A program made the position numbers and the translations under genes. 64,000 nucleotides of DNA from Trichoplax adhaerens (Eukaryota; Animalia; Placozoa), in NCBI RefSeq assembly GCF_000150275.1, contig NW_002060943.1, forward strand, positions 10,785,515 to 10,849,514. Reading direction: 5' to 3'. The notes under the pieces were generated by a model. It was not told the DNA's origin. It did no database searches and worked only from the letters and a program-made list of their open reading frames with translations. Shown here piece by piece: positions 32,983 to 44,421 of this stretch; the first letter of the stretch is position 1, and the number at the start of each line of letters is the position of its first letter.

Positions 32983-33234
32983 TATCAATAGAAATCAGCT
33001 AAGATATTTGATCAAATTAAGCAATACAATCTTATCGTCAAGAAGTTTATTTTATTTAGTAGTGTGCATCCATTACCACTTGGCGCTTTATACATTAGCA
33101 GTCCCAAAGATATTTTTAAACTTTTATGGAATATAATCATATACAAGATATGAACATATACGAATACGTTTTCTTATAAATGATACCCAAATCGTGTTTG
33201 CATATGTCTAAACATCAAGTTATCTCGATTATAC

Positions 33235-33261
33235 TATATAATATATATATATATATATATA
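33235..33261. repeat. (AT)n microsatellite
   Basis: About 10 perfect AT units at 33241-33260 between the convergent 3' ends of B3GALNT2 and CHMP1A. Confidence 0.9.
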
Positions 33262-33503
33262 CATTCTGTTAAAGCTTACTAAATTCGTAGCTACAGCAAA
33301 ACAGATGAAACTTAGTCAACTATGTTTTGATTCTACTAGGCAGAAATAGAGATGATATACACATGACTGAGTTGTAAATTAGAAACGACAATAATAGCAC
33401 CTAAAAATAGCCCGTTTTTAATTATTCGGCTGACGTTCAAATCTATGAATGATAAGGTATCCCAGACGTCTTGCCGTTGTTAAGCGACCTACTTGGCAAT
33501 TCG

Positions 33504-36412
33504 TCAGTTACGTAACTGCGCAAGCCTAATAACAATTACGGGGAAAAACACAATTTTATTTTTTAAGTCAATTGAATATAATGTATATAAAGATATCTTG
33601 GCCGAAAAATTACCTTCGAGAAAGAGCATCTCCTTCTTTATTGGACAAACTGCCCGCTGAAATCGAGTCAGTACTAGGGCGTGCATTTTCTAATTGCGAC
33701 ATAACTTCCAAGCCATTTTCTTCGGCAACTTGCTGGATTAATGTATCAACCTGTTATATATCAAGAAGTATAGCAATCCATATGAATTCATAGCTAGAGA
33801 AATATAATTTATAAATTGGGGCTTGAGATAGCATTTTTCAGGCAAACAAAGTTTTATAGATAGTCTATAAGGGATAGTACCTGATCAGTTGGAGTTGTTA
33901 AAGTTGTAGCATTTCCCATTGAATCCTCCATGGTCTATATGATGGCAAAAAATATTTTAATAAAACAACTTACATTTCAATGAGGATAAAGAGAGACAGA
34001 AGGGTATTGCGCTCTATCTATTGAGTTTACACTCGTATTTTACATTAAATATTTTTTTAGAAGTTGCAATCGTACTTTTATTCGCTATCAATTTATCGGT
34101 ATAATATCATTGCAATGTTATTGGTAAATCCTTACTGTCTATTTAATATCTTACTAACCTGGGTGTGAACATCGAGGTTTTCAAATACTTTCTCGAATTT
34201 TTCCATTGTAGCTGTAACCTATATGTTGAAGTTTACACGTATATATTATAACGGCGAGATGTCTTAATTGCATGACGTATGTTATGTTTGTAGATATAAT
34301 TTTATTAATTATGGCAATATTTATGTCAATAAATATAGGTGAGATATGAATACATAAAATAGGCATGTATCAAGAATAGATTATAATTTAAAACAATTAC
34401 GATGTTGCTACCTTTTGAAGATCCATGGTTTGCATAGCTTTATCGAGGCCTTTTACAACTCCACTCATATTACGAGTAACCTTAATGGAATCATATGAGA
34501 ACGTAATACTCAGAACTTACTTGACAGATTATCAAGTGATCAGTCTGGATTCAGGAACTTCTAAGACGAAATTCTTAGAAGTGCTTATAGGATTAATCAT
34601 ACCTGTTTCATAGAAACTGCCGTTTGGACTTTACTAGCAACAGCATCAACGCGCGAAGCCATTCTTAGATAATTTAAACCTTCATTCTTCTTTCTTATAG
34701 CATTCTCAGCATAAATGCGAGCACCTTCAACGTTCCCTTGAGTCAGTGCCTGAAGCAATTAATACCCGTCATGTTACTGTATTCTTAAAAGTTACAACTT
34801 TAATTTTGGTTGAAAAAATATGTGCTTAGGTTACTTATTTAGCATGAATAAGTTATAACTACACATCTATGATACGTTAACTGCATAATGAATTATAATA
34901 ACTGCAACAACCGTTATTTACATTAGGCTAGGAATATTCTTCATTTTTAAATCTAAGGTAATCCATTTCCAGAATCCTAGCTCATTTTTGGGCTACTCGT
35001 TCATTGCATTTTCTACTAGTGTACAGTAGAATAGCTACTTTAAAATTAAATTAAAACATGATGTTGCTCACTCAGATACCTTTCTGACTTTATTCTTCTG
35101 GACTACTTCGTCTTTTTCGCATTTTTTTGCAAAACGCTCGAGTTGTTTTGTCGTAAACTTTGTAAAGAATCAAGAGAAAAAGTACTGAATTTGATTTACA
35201 AATAGGATTCCATTATTAAGGCATACAGTATACATATTGTTGTCATAGAGATTTGTGCATACTGCATACTAGTCCAGTCATTACTGTCGGAAGAGAGAAA
35301 TACATTACAGACAGATATTTAGCTGTGCTCCTGTATATCGAAGACTACTATGGTACTGTATAATATAACTTGTAAGCATACAATATACTCTAATACTTCA
35401 ATAGTAACTATAACACCACTACAGTATTGCAAGACAAACGAACACTGAGAAAGAATTTATCAAACTCGCACTTTAAGATACCCTGCAGGAGCAAATTAAT
35501 CTTGACGATATACAGTAGAGTAAGCTTTCTTTAACTAAAGGTCTGTGCAGATAATACAATTTTACACGGAGCATGTTGACAACCGTTTAGTCCATTAAAA
35601 TGTATACTTCCTGATCATACTTTCAAATCCCGTCATATCCCATCATCAGTGATCTTAAATCTTTCAGTTGAAATTTCAAAACTTTAACAACGTTTATACA
35701 GTAATGAATATGTGTCTGTGAAAGCAATTGACATTTGTACAGAGGCACGAATTAAAGTTGCTGAAGTATCCCAGTTAGCTTTTCTGTTTGCGTATTGCTT
35801 GTTAACTAGACCACCGAATTCACTAAGCACTTCATGGTCGTTATGTTGTCACTATGATATTATTTTTCTACTAGCAGTACACTACACCTGTATATCATGC
35901 TATTGATCATTAACTTTCTGATATTACTGTATGTAATCGCTAATAATTCAAAAAGTTGATTCTAAGCATACGAGTCGCATACAACAAATAACCCTGAAGT
36001 TGCTTAATAAGGTTTACTGGGTTCACCACTGGTAGCAATGGAAGCACAGAGTTGGCGTTAGAGTATAACATGTTGTACGGACTTGATGAAAACATTTTAC
36101 TGTGAGCGTAGTTAGGTCATAGCTATCGAAGTGGATTTTTCTTTTGCACGTATGAGTAGTTTTATCCTCGCTAATCTGCTGATCAAGACCAACCAAATAT
36201 ACTAACCTTTAATTGAAATAAGGTATCTACAACAACACACAAGATATTAGAAATTAGCACGATCTGCCATGAATTAATCAAGCGTATATTCAATGAAGTA
36301 CGCTATAAAGACCACTCTATCTATTTACAAATTTATTAAAATCATAGGGTAAATCATTGCGAAGATAATAACTGATATCTTTAATCATATCGAATGGGTT
36401 ATTACCATCCAT
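33504..36412 (-). CDS. CHMP1A: Charged multivesicular body protein 1a (ESCRT-III)
   Basis: Nine coding exons (36412-36406, 36226-36207, 35157-35080, 34749-34603, 34480-34412, 34218-34159, 33934-33881, 33750-33614, 33525-33504) give [24 protein letters not shown]...[15 protein letters not shown]...DALSRRLAQLRN (MIM1 tail). Confidence 0.96.
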
Positions 36413-36514
36413 AGTCCGGTTGATTGCGTTTCCTAGCAGTTATTTCGGTTTAATGTTTTCAATTTTGACTCCTCCAGACTTTTGTTACTGGTTACGTTGG
36501 AACATAATTTTATA

Positions 36515-36740
36515 TACAGTATAACAGTACAGTCCAGTACAGTACTGTGCACCGTAAGCTACAGTACTGTGCACTGTACTGTGTGATATTACGTACGGTA
36601 CTGTACTGTAATCAACACGCAACTAATACTGCACTGGACTGGACTGTACTACAGTAGACTCCAGATTAAAGTTAGGATATTACGTCATAACTGTCGTACA
36701 GTGATAATATTGTCATGGCACTGGTACTGTACTGTATGCT
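36515..36740. repeat. TACAG/CTGTA array (CHMP1A/NFS1 divergent promoter)
   Basis: CAGTACAGTCCAGTACAGTACTGTG, TACAGTACTGTGCACTGTACTGTG, GTACTGTACTGTA; includes CRE-like TTACGTCA at 36680. Confidence 0.85.
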
Positions 36741-37882
36741 AAAAGTAGAAATGATTTCATTTCCATCGGTTTTCATCGGCCAGTGGGATGGAGCGAGTGG
36801 ACACAGTGGACGAGGGGACATTCATGCAGAAATTCACTTTTAATAAAAAGTGGTCAATTACAGAGGCGACAGTGTTCGAGACAGGTTTCCTTGTACACTT
36901 TTAGCAGCTTATGGCAGGGACTACTGTACAATAAGTATACATAAAAGAAAGAAAAGAAAAGAGGGACGTAAAGCGATCGTTGACTATCCAGTACAGTACT
37001 AATATTGTGGAGGCCAATTATTATTATTTTTTAGATCATTTCAACTGTATCGCTGTTTGTAACGGCACACACTACTCTGTCTGCGCTTGACATCTAAATT
37101 AGCTGCTAATAGGCTGCTAAGTTGATTTTGTGCAGTATGATATACGTACGATTCCATTGGTATCGTATAGTAGAATGAGCGGAAAATAATATAGGCCTCC
37201 ATATTATTTTACACTGACGGTCCGGGCCGCTTTGCTTCTCTGCTTTTAGTATGTAGGTGCCCCCTCCCCCCCTCTTTTTTCGAGTATAGTACTGTAGCCT
37301 GCTCAGTGGTCAATGCTCATACTGTACTAACTATGACAATGAAAATCTAATATCTAGACTAGTCCGGTATGACGGCCGGTACTCAAATCCAGGCCTCTGC
37401 CTGTACAGTAAACATGCCTAAACACTAGATGGGTATATATACTGTTGTAGTATACCGTGCTGTGCAGTGTACACTGATATTAGACTGTACAATGGGCATG
37501 CTCAGTAGCCCCACTTACCTGAAGACCACCTTTGACAACTAGTTTGTGCAAATTCCCTTGGTTATGAAATCAATCAAAGAGGACTGTATGAGTACGTTAT
37601 AATTCGCATATAATTTCAGCTATTCAGATCATCAGTGTAGTAGTATTGATTGATATTATAAGCCATTAGTGACAACTTAACACTGCTACTTACAGTTAAT
37701 AAATAGATCAAATTAAAATACAAGCCCTCCAGCTAAATAATCTATCGATAGCAGCAGTTCACTTCTGATCAAAACTTGCTGATTCATTACGGTACGAATC
37801 GATCAATCCATAGGGTAAACAACAATCTGAATTTTTGAGATATTTTCGTTTGAGGCTAAAATTTCGGTAGTCAATTGCAATA

Positions 37883-40799
37883 ATGTTGCCAACGATTCGA
37901 CGAATCTTGAGTGGAAATACTTCCACCCAACGATTAATGCCAATGAATACTTGCAAACATTTCAAAACTGCTAATTTTACTACGGTGGCTCGAGAGCGTA
38001 TGGGTGAGTGGTTCTACGGGTAGCCGATAGTCAGATATGGTCATTATAGTTTATGTATTATTATGGTGCTCATACCTTAAAATTTGCAGCACCTCGTAGC
38101 TGTAATGCTTCAATTTTCGAATTTTATTAGCATGTTATAGTAAAATCAATTTCGTGAAATATTAATTCAGTACTTCAGATTGATTCAATTTTATAATACC
38201 TGTAGAAGAATCAGAAAGTATGGGTCGCGCATTATACTTAGATGCTCAAGCAACTACACCTTTGGTAATAAAGCTGAAAATATTAAATTGACTAATGACA
38301 TTCTGTGTATACGAGTATATATTACTATTGGTATTATAATTGTGGTTTCAATTATTGTAAAATTTAAAACAAGTACAATTACGTTGCCTGTAAGTGATAA
38401 GGTATCATTTAATCTTAATAATTGCAATGCACACTTCAATTAGGATCCAAGAGTCCTTGATGCAATGATGCCCTACTTACTTTCATATTACGGAAATCCT
38501 CATTCTCGAACTCATCCGTATGGTTGGGAAAGTGAAGAAGCAGTGGAAATTGCTCGTCAGGTATAAGAAAGGCTTAACTTCACTATAGTAGATCAATGTA
38601 GTATTTTACATGTTTGGTGATGTTAAACCTGCGTTTCGTCACTTCTGAATGTATTTTCTCAATATTTCTTCCTGACAATGTATCTTGCAGAAAGTTGCCG
38701 CTCTTATTGGAGCTGACCCTCGCGATATCATTCTTACAAGTGGCGCTACTGAATCAAACAATGTTGCTATCAAAGTATGCTGTACACGACTATTTCCGAT
38801 TACCGGCACTAGCTCAGCAACATTACTCGTATAATTAGTAGTTATAAATAGTATAACGTCAGCAGTGAATAAAAATATTGTTACACTTTGTAAATCATCG
38901 ACTAAACAAGAAATATATTACCTTAGTAATTATTAGTTTATCAATGTCTAATTTGTTTATATTTGAAACTATTTTTGCTGCGCTTAGGGAGTAGGCAGAT
39001 TTTATAAAAGTAAAAAGAAGCATGTCATTACTACTCAAACGGTATCGATCTTGTACATCTTATGATTTAAAAGCTTACAGTGTTTGACATAAATACCTTA
39101 CTACTGTATACGGAGGAGGCATTCTTGTAGTTTAAATAGCGTATTTCTCGCAGGAGCATAAATGTGTTTTGGACTCTTGTCGTGCTCTGGAGCACGAAGG
39201 TTTCGATGTTACTTATTTACCAGTACAACAAAATGGCATCATAGATCTTGAGGTCAGTGATATATTAAAGCATATTAGATTGCAAAATTTAAAATGATAC
39301 CGGATTTTGCTACTACTAATAGAAATTTCGCGATGCGATTCGCCCTGACACTGGCTTAGTCTCGATTATGGCTGTAAATAATGAAATTGGTATCACTCAA
39401 CCCGTTGAAGAAATTGGCAAGAATTTGTTAGTTTGTTAGCTCAACCTTTATAAAATAATACTAACCTACATTCTTAATTAGGGTCTATCTGTAGATCCAA
39501 TAAGATCTTTTTTCACACCGATGCTGCTCAGGTAATGCAGATTGTATACGTAGTTTGAGAGATAACTAGTAGTTTGTCTCTCACTAGCTAAGTTAATAAT
39601 TTGATTTGTCTGTAGGCCGTTGGAAAGATCCCTATCGATGTTAATAAGATGAAGATTGATCTTATGTCTATCAGTGGTCATAAATTATATGGTCCGAAAG
39701 GTAACTATATCATCAGATTTGATTATCGTGTCTTACTAGTATGAATGACAAGTCAAGAGTATTTATTGTCGAATTTGATTTACTGTATAGGGATCGGTGC
39801 CCTGTATGTGCGTCGTCGCCCTCGTGTAAGAGTTGAAGCTCTTCAAAGTGGTGGAGGACAAGAAAGGTTCGTAAAATAATTGATAATATCTTTAGTTAAA
39901 AAAATTCACACTAAGTGGTACAGAGTAGAGTAAGTGAAGAGCTAAACCTGTGTCTACAGTAATAGATCAACTGTAAATTCAATAATTTTAGAGGTATTCG
40001 AAGTGGAACCGTTCCTACACCTTTAGTGGTAGGTTTGGGAACTGCTTGTGATATTGCTCAAGAAGAAATGGAATACGACCATAAGCGTATCAGTTCTTTA
40101 TCGAAACGCCTAGTTGATGGGATAACATCACAACTAGATTTCGTAATCAGAAATGGAGAGCCGGAATATTCATTTCCAGGTCTGCATGAATTACAGTTAC
40201 TTACAAAGAGCGCCTGTGAAATATGACTATGGAAAATGGAAATATCGTATTTAAATTCTTCTAATTAAATTATAGGCTGTGTAAATCTATCTTTCGCTTA
40301 CGTAGAAGGAGAAAGCTTATTAATGGCTATGAAGGACATAGCATTATCGTCAGGGAGGTAATTAAGAACTAAATGTACTTAATTAACTCATTAATAAAAG
40401 CGTAAAGATTAATTGTTGTCTTTAATGTCGTTATCCCCCTACACAGCGCCTGTACATCAGCTTCTTTGGAGCCGTCTTACGTTTTAAGAGCTATTGGCGC
40501 CGATGAAGATTTAGCTCACTCTTCAATCCGATTTGGTATTGGAAGATTTACAACGGAAGCAGAGGTTGATTACACAGTTGATAAATGTGTTAGATGTGTC
40601 AGGAATCTACGAGAGATGAGGTAAGTTATAATTTTAAACCCGATATCTTTAAATTATGGTCTATAAATATGATATACCGTAAATATCCATCGGATGTTGA
40701 TCATTGATTACTGTAAAATTTAAATAATTGTTTAGCCCATTATATGAAATGGTTCAGGATGGTATTGATTTGAAAACAATTCAATGGTCACAACATTAA
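37883..40799 (+). CDS. NFS1: Cysteine desulfurase, mitochondrial
   Basis: Presequence [11 protein letters not shown]..., [63 protein letters not shown] (PLP Lys), [17 protein letters not shown] (catalytic Cys), C-terminal IQWSQH*. Confidence 0.97.
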
Positions 40800-41539
40800 T
40801 GCAACAAAGCCATTATTATAACTAAACAATCTGATTGCATAAAGTATTTGTATGAGGCGTGATTTAAAAAAAGCATTTATTTAAAATATATGTAACTAGA
40901 AAGTGTAATCTTACTGCTTGACATTATTCATGCTACATACTATAGAAGTATTTTCTTTCTGACATATCCTGCAATAAATACGTATTTGAAAATTTGAAGC
41001 CAATAAAAATCAATCTAAATCATTCTATGTTAAGAATCTGATTTGACGTGAACATCCTAATCCCTATAAGAGTTATACACTGTAATTTAGTTAATGTGAG
41101 GTTTCGCCGTACTAATTTACTGTTGCTGCTTGTGATTTCCTTGTAAGCAGACGTGTAACCAACCAATCATCAATATACTGTATGGTAAGCGTAATGATGC
41201 CGTTATTTTCATTGCAGATAAATTGAGTGATAATTTTAGATGGGGATTAACTATCTATAGGGCTGATGAGGTACCCATAGCCAGTCAAAGTATAGGAATA
41301 TCGAGGGCTCGCAGTAAGTTATCTTTTGAAGGCCTAGAGTTCGATTTCATAAAGTCTAACTTTCGAATGTGTAAACTGTATGGAGTTAGTGCTTAGTGCA
41401 TTAATACAGTACTGTCACACAAATACAGGGCTATCGTAATCACTAGTACTTACTTTATATATAATTGTCAAAGGATGAAGAATTCAAAATTCTATAAACG
41501 TCTAATTTGTGCAGACACTTTAAGGTTAATGGCATCTTT

Positions 41540-41635
41540 GCAGTGCAGTACAGTACAGTGCTGTAGTACGGTGTACTGTATACTATATGGAGTTAATATA
41601 CACGCCTACTCACGATTAAAACAGTACTGTCACAT
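41540..41635. repeat. TACAG/CTGTA array with no adjacent gene start
   Basis: GCAGTACAGTACAGTGCTGTAGTACGGTGTACTGTATAC. Confidence 0.7.
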
Positions 41636-42779
41636 ATACAGGGCAATTCTATCATAATCATTAGGGTTTATTTTAGTTCCCTTTTATGTTATGTATGCTT
41701 TCCAATAGATAGAGAATTCAAAAAATTGTAAACTTTTTAATTTATACAGACGCTTTAATGAATGACATCTTTGCGCATTGTACACGTTATGCAATGTAAT
41801 GGAGCAACAGGAATTTAAGGTAAGAAGAACTAATCCCTTTCCATGTATTGTAGTGAATTGTGAATAACACTAATTCACTTCCAATTTCTAAATTTACTGT
41901 ACTCAGTTTCTTTATCATGCAAGATATTAATTTCCGATCTACGATATAACGTGTGCTGTGCGTTATTTCATTTAGATATGAACCAAAAAATGAACATTAA
42001 ATTCTATGTTATCAAAAATCCGCAAATTAACTTTCAAATGTGTTTATTGAAAGCGCAAATATTGAAGTTTGAGGATCGATATTGATCCAAATCTAAATTA
42101 CAGTAGTTTAAATTGCTTATTATTATTTAACGTTTATTGAAACCTTAATCATTATCGTTTCTACACTGATCGTTGATTGTAACTTCATGGTGTACTAACT
42201 GCAAAGTACAGCACTACTTATGAGTACTTTACTGTTAAAAAATAAATACCATTATAGCATACTCAATGTTAGTTTTACAGTATCACATTTTGTTTCAGTA
42301 GCATACTTTTTCAGCATTATTCGTAATCTGCAGTATGCATACACTACAGTTAATGTAGTGTGCAACCATGCATTACAAGGCATTTTAAATGTCAAGTAGG
42401 ACAGTGGAGAACATATCCAATGTAAAGGTTAAGCTAGCGTTCAACTACTCCACTCGAAGCACAATACTGCACTATAGTGTATTGTTTATATACTGTATAC
42501 AGTACTTTACTTTTATTTTTATTGTTGGGATCTTTTACATCAGATGCTGCACGAACAAATACTGCAGTTTTATAAATATGATCGAACTGGAGATTTTAAT
42601 TCGATTTAATTCATTCTTTTAAAAGAGGAATTTATCAGTGCTCTGTAGGATATCTTCACTAATCGAATTCTATCTTTTAGAGCCTTATTAACCGCCCGAT
42701 AGTATCTTGAAAGCTACATTGCAGTATCAAGAGTTTTGATTTTGCGTGGGTAATGATAAAATTGATAAAGATGTTGCCC

Positions 42780-42885
42780 CGTACTGTACACTACTGTAGA
42801 GTGCAGTGCTGAGTCATCATGGACTTCTAGCTGCTTCTTTTTAGTAGTCCATGGGCTGAGTGTACAGTACAGTGTAACTGTATAA
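42780..42885. repeat. TACAG/CTGTA array ~1.6 kb upstream of AGXT2
   Basis: GTACTGTACACTACTGTAGAG and GTGTACAGTACAGTGTAACTGTA; another cluster at ~42465-42505. Confidence 0.7.
42807..42817. promoter_or_regulatory. Perfect CNC-Maf / antioxidant response element (ATGACTCAGCA on - strand)
   Basis: TGCTGAGTCAT, an exact 11-bp match to the NF-E2/Nrf2-Maf consensus; function not shown. Confidence 0.45.
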
Positions 42886-44421
42886 AATTTTATTTTATTT
42901 TGAAACAGAAAAAAAGCCCCAAAATTACAGTTAAATTCGAATGATTTAAAAGTCACGGATATTATGCTACACTATAACTGAGTAGTGAGTACAGTGTTAC
43001 GAGGATGGCTACTTGGTTAGTCATATTTCTACCTTTGTCAAATACGAAGTATTGCATACGAATAAATAGCATTAAAGACTACTTATCATGGTGCACGTTT
43101 ACACAGTATATATATACATACAGTACTCATATGTTGTTAATAAATTACAGTAACAGGCATACGATTTGATGATTATATTATCATTATTACTTATTAATTT
43201 ATTGACTTTCACGTGAATCTATTATAAGGTATTCTTGTTGACTCATTACCGAGTGGCTACTATGCCAACAGGTTACTTGTTATTGATAAAATTTTGCATC
43301 AGTTTAAAAATAAACATTGCCTTAGTGTTTATAGATTAAAGATGATAAAATTGGAATGATAAGTTGTTATCGTGCAGTGTGCTGCATGTTTCCTGTTCAT
43401 GAACCTCATGCATGTTGCACACCGTATCATGATAAGATTAGCTGCTGCAATGCATCGAAAATATGTTCTTTATACTTATACAGTTTACATACAAGTCGAA
43501 CAGATGTAATGTACAGTAGTAGGCGTTCTACTCCTAATATAACGCAGTAGCACATACCTAAGACGTCATCAACATTCAATATTTGTAGTAACATTTGTCA
43601 AAAGGAATGAGGGATGCTCTCATCACAACTTGATATCTTTAATTTTTGAATTCTTTCTACCTATCATTCATATACAGTGCTGTATTCCAGTAATCTCCGT
43701 TAAAGTCGATCTGAACTTTGCTTTTTATAGTGATCAACAGCATGCTGTAGAGATAAAACAAAGTAGTCAAGCAGGATTGATAAATTCGTTCAATTAATCA
43801 TCACACAAGTAGGAATTGAAGGCAAAATTGGAATGATATAGTCTTATGTACAGTAGTACTGTGTCTTATTTTAAAAAATGGTCGATAAAAGTGAAAGAAA
43901 TTGATACGATCCATTTATCTACATCCACCTTATAAACACACCTATACCATCCATTTATATCATATAAAACTGAATACAAGAGATAGAAAGAAAATACGTG
44001 CAAATATTTTATTTTTTTAAGAGTATGCTATGATGGATTGCCAAGTACTGTACCATTGGAGTGGACTATCTGATTACTGATGATAATCGTACATACAGTA
44101 ATTATACTATAGATAATGATCATAATCAATAAAACACCTTACCGCATATTGGAGTCTACACCGTATACACTGTATAGGATGCAAAATAAAATGCGACTAC
44201 TGATCTATAAGATGTTTATCATGGACAAATTCGATTTGCTGGGTATTGCCTACACACAGATACTACTCATCAGTCAATCAAAAACAGCTTGAAATATCGA
44301 TACAACAATAAATATCTCATCATTTATCGAGGGAACGCGTCTGCATAAACGTCCATTTCCATTCTTCTTTAGATCCGATTTTCTCTCCATTTTTCACTGC
44401 GGTGGTGGTAAAAAGTAGAAG

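Noticed and set aside
35560-35660. Box C/D snoRNA candidates (TGATGA in CHMP1A intron 2; also 42813-42820)
   Set aside because: No suitably placed CTGA box with a terminal stem.
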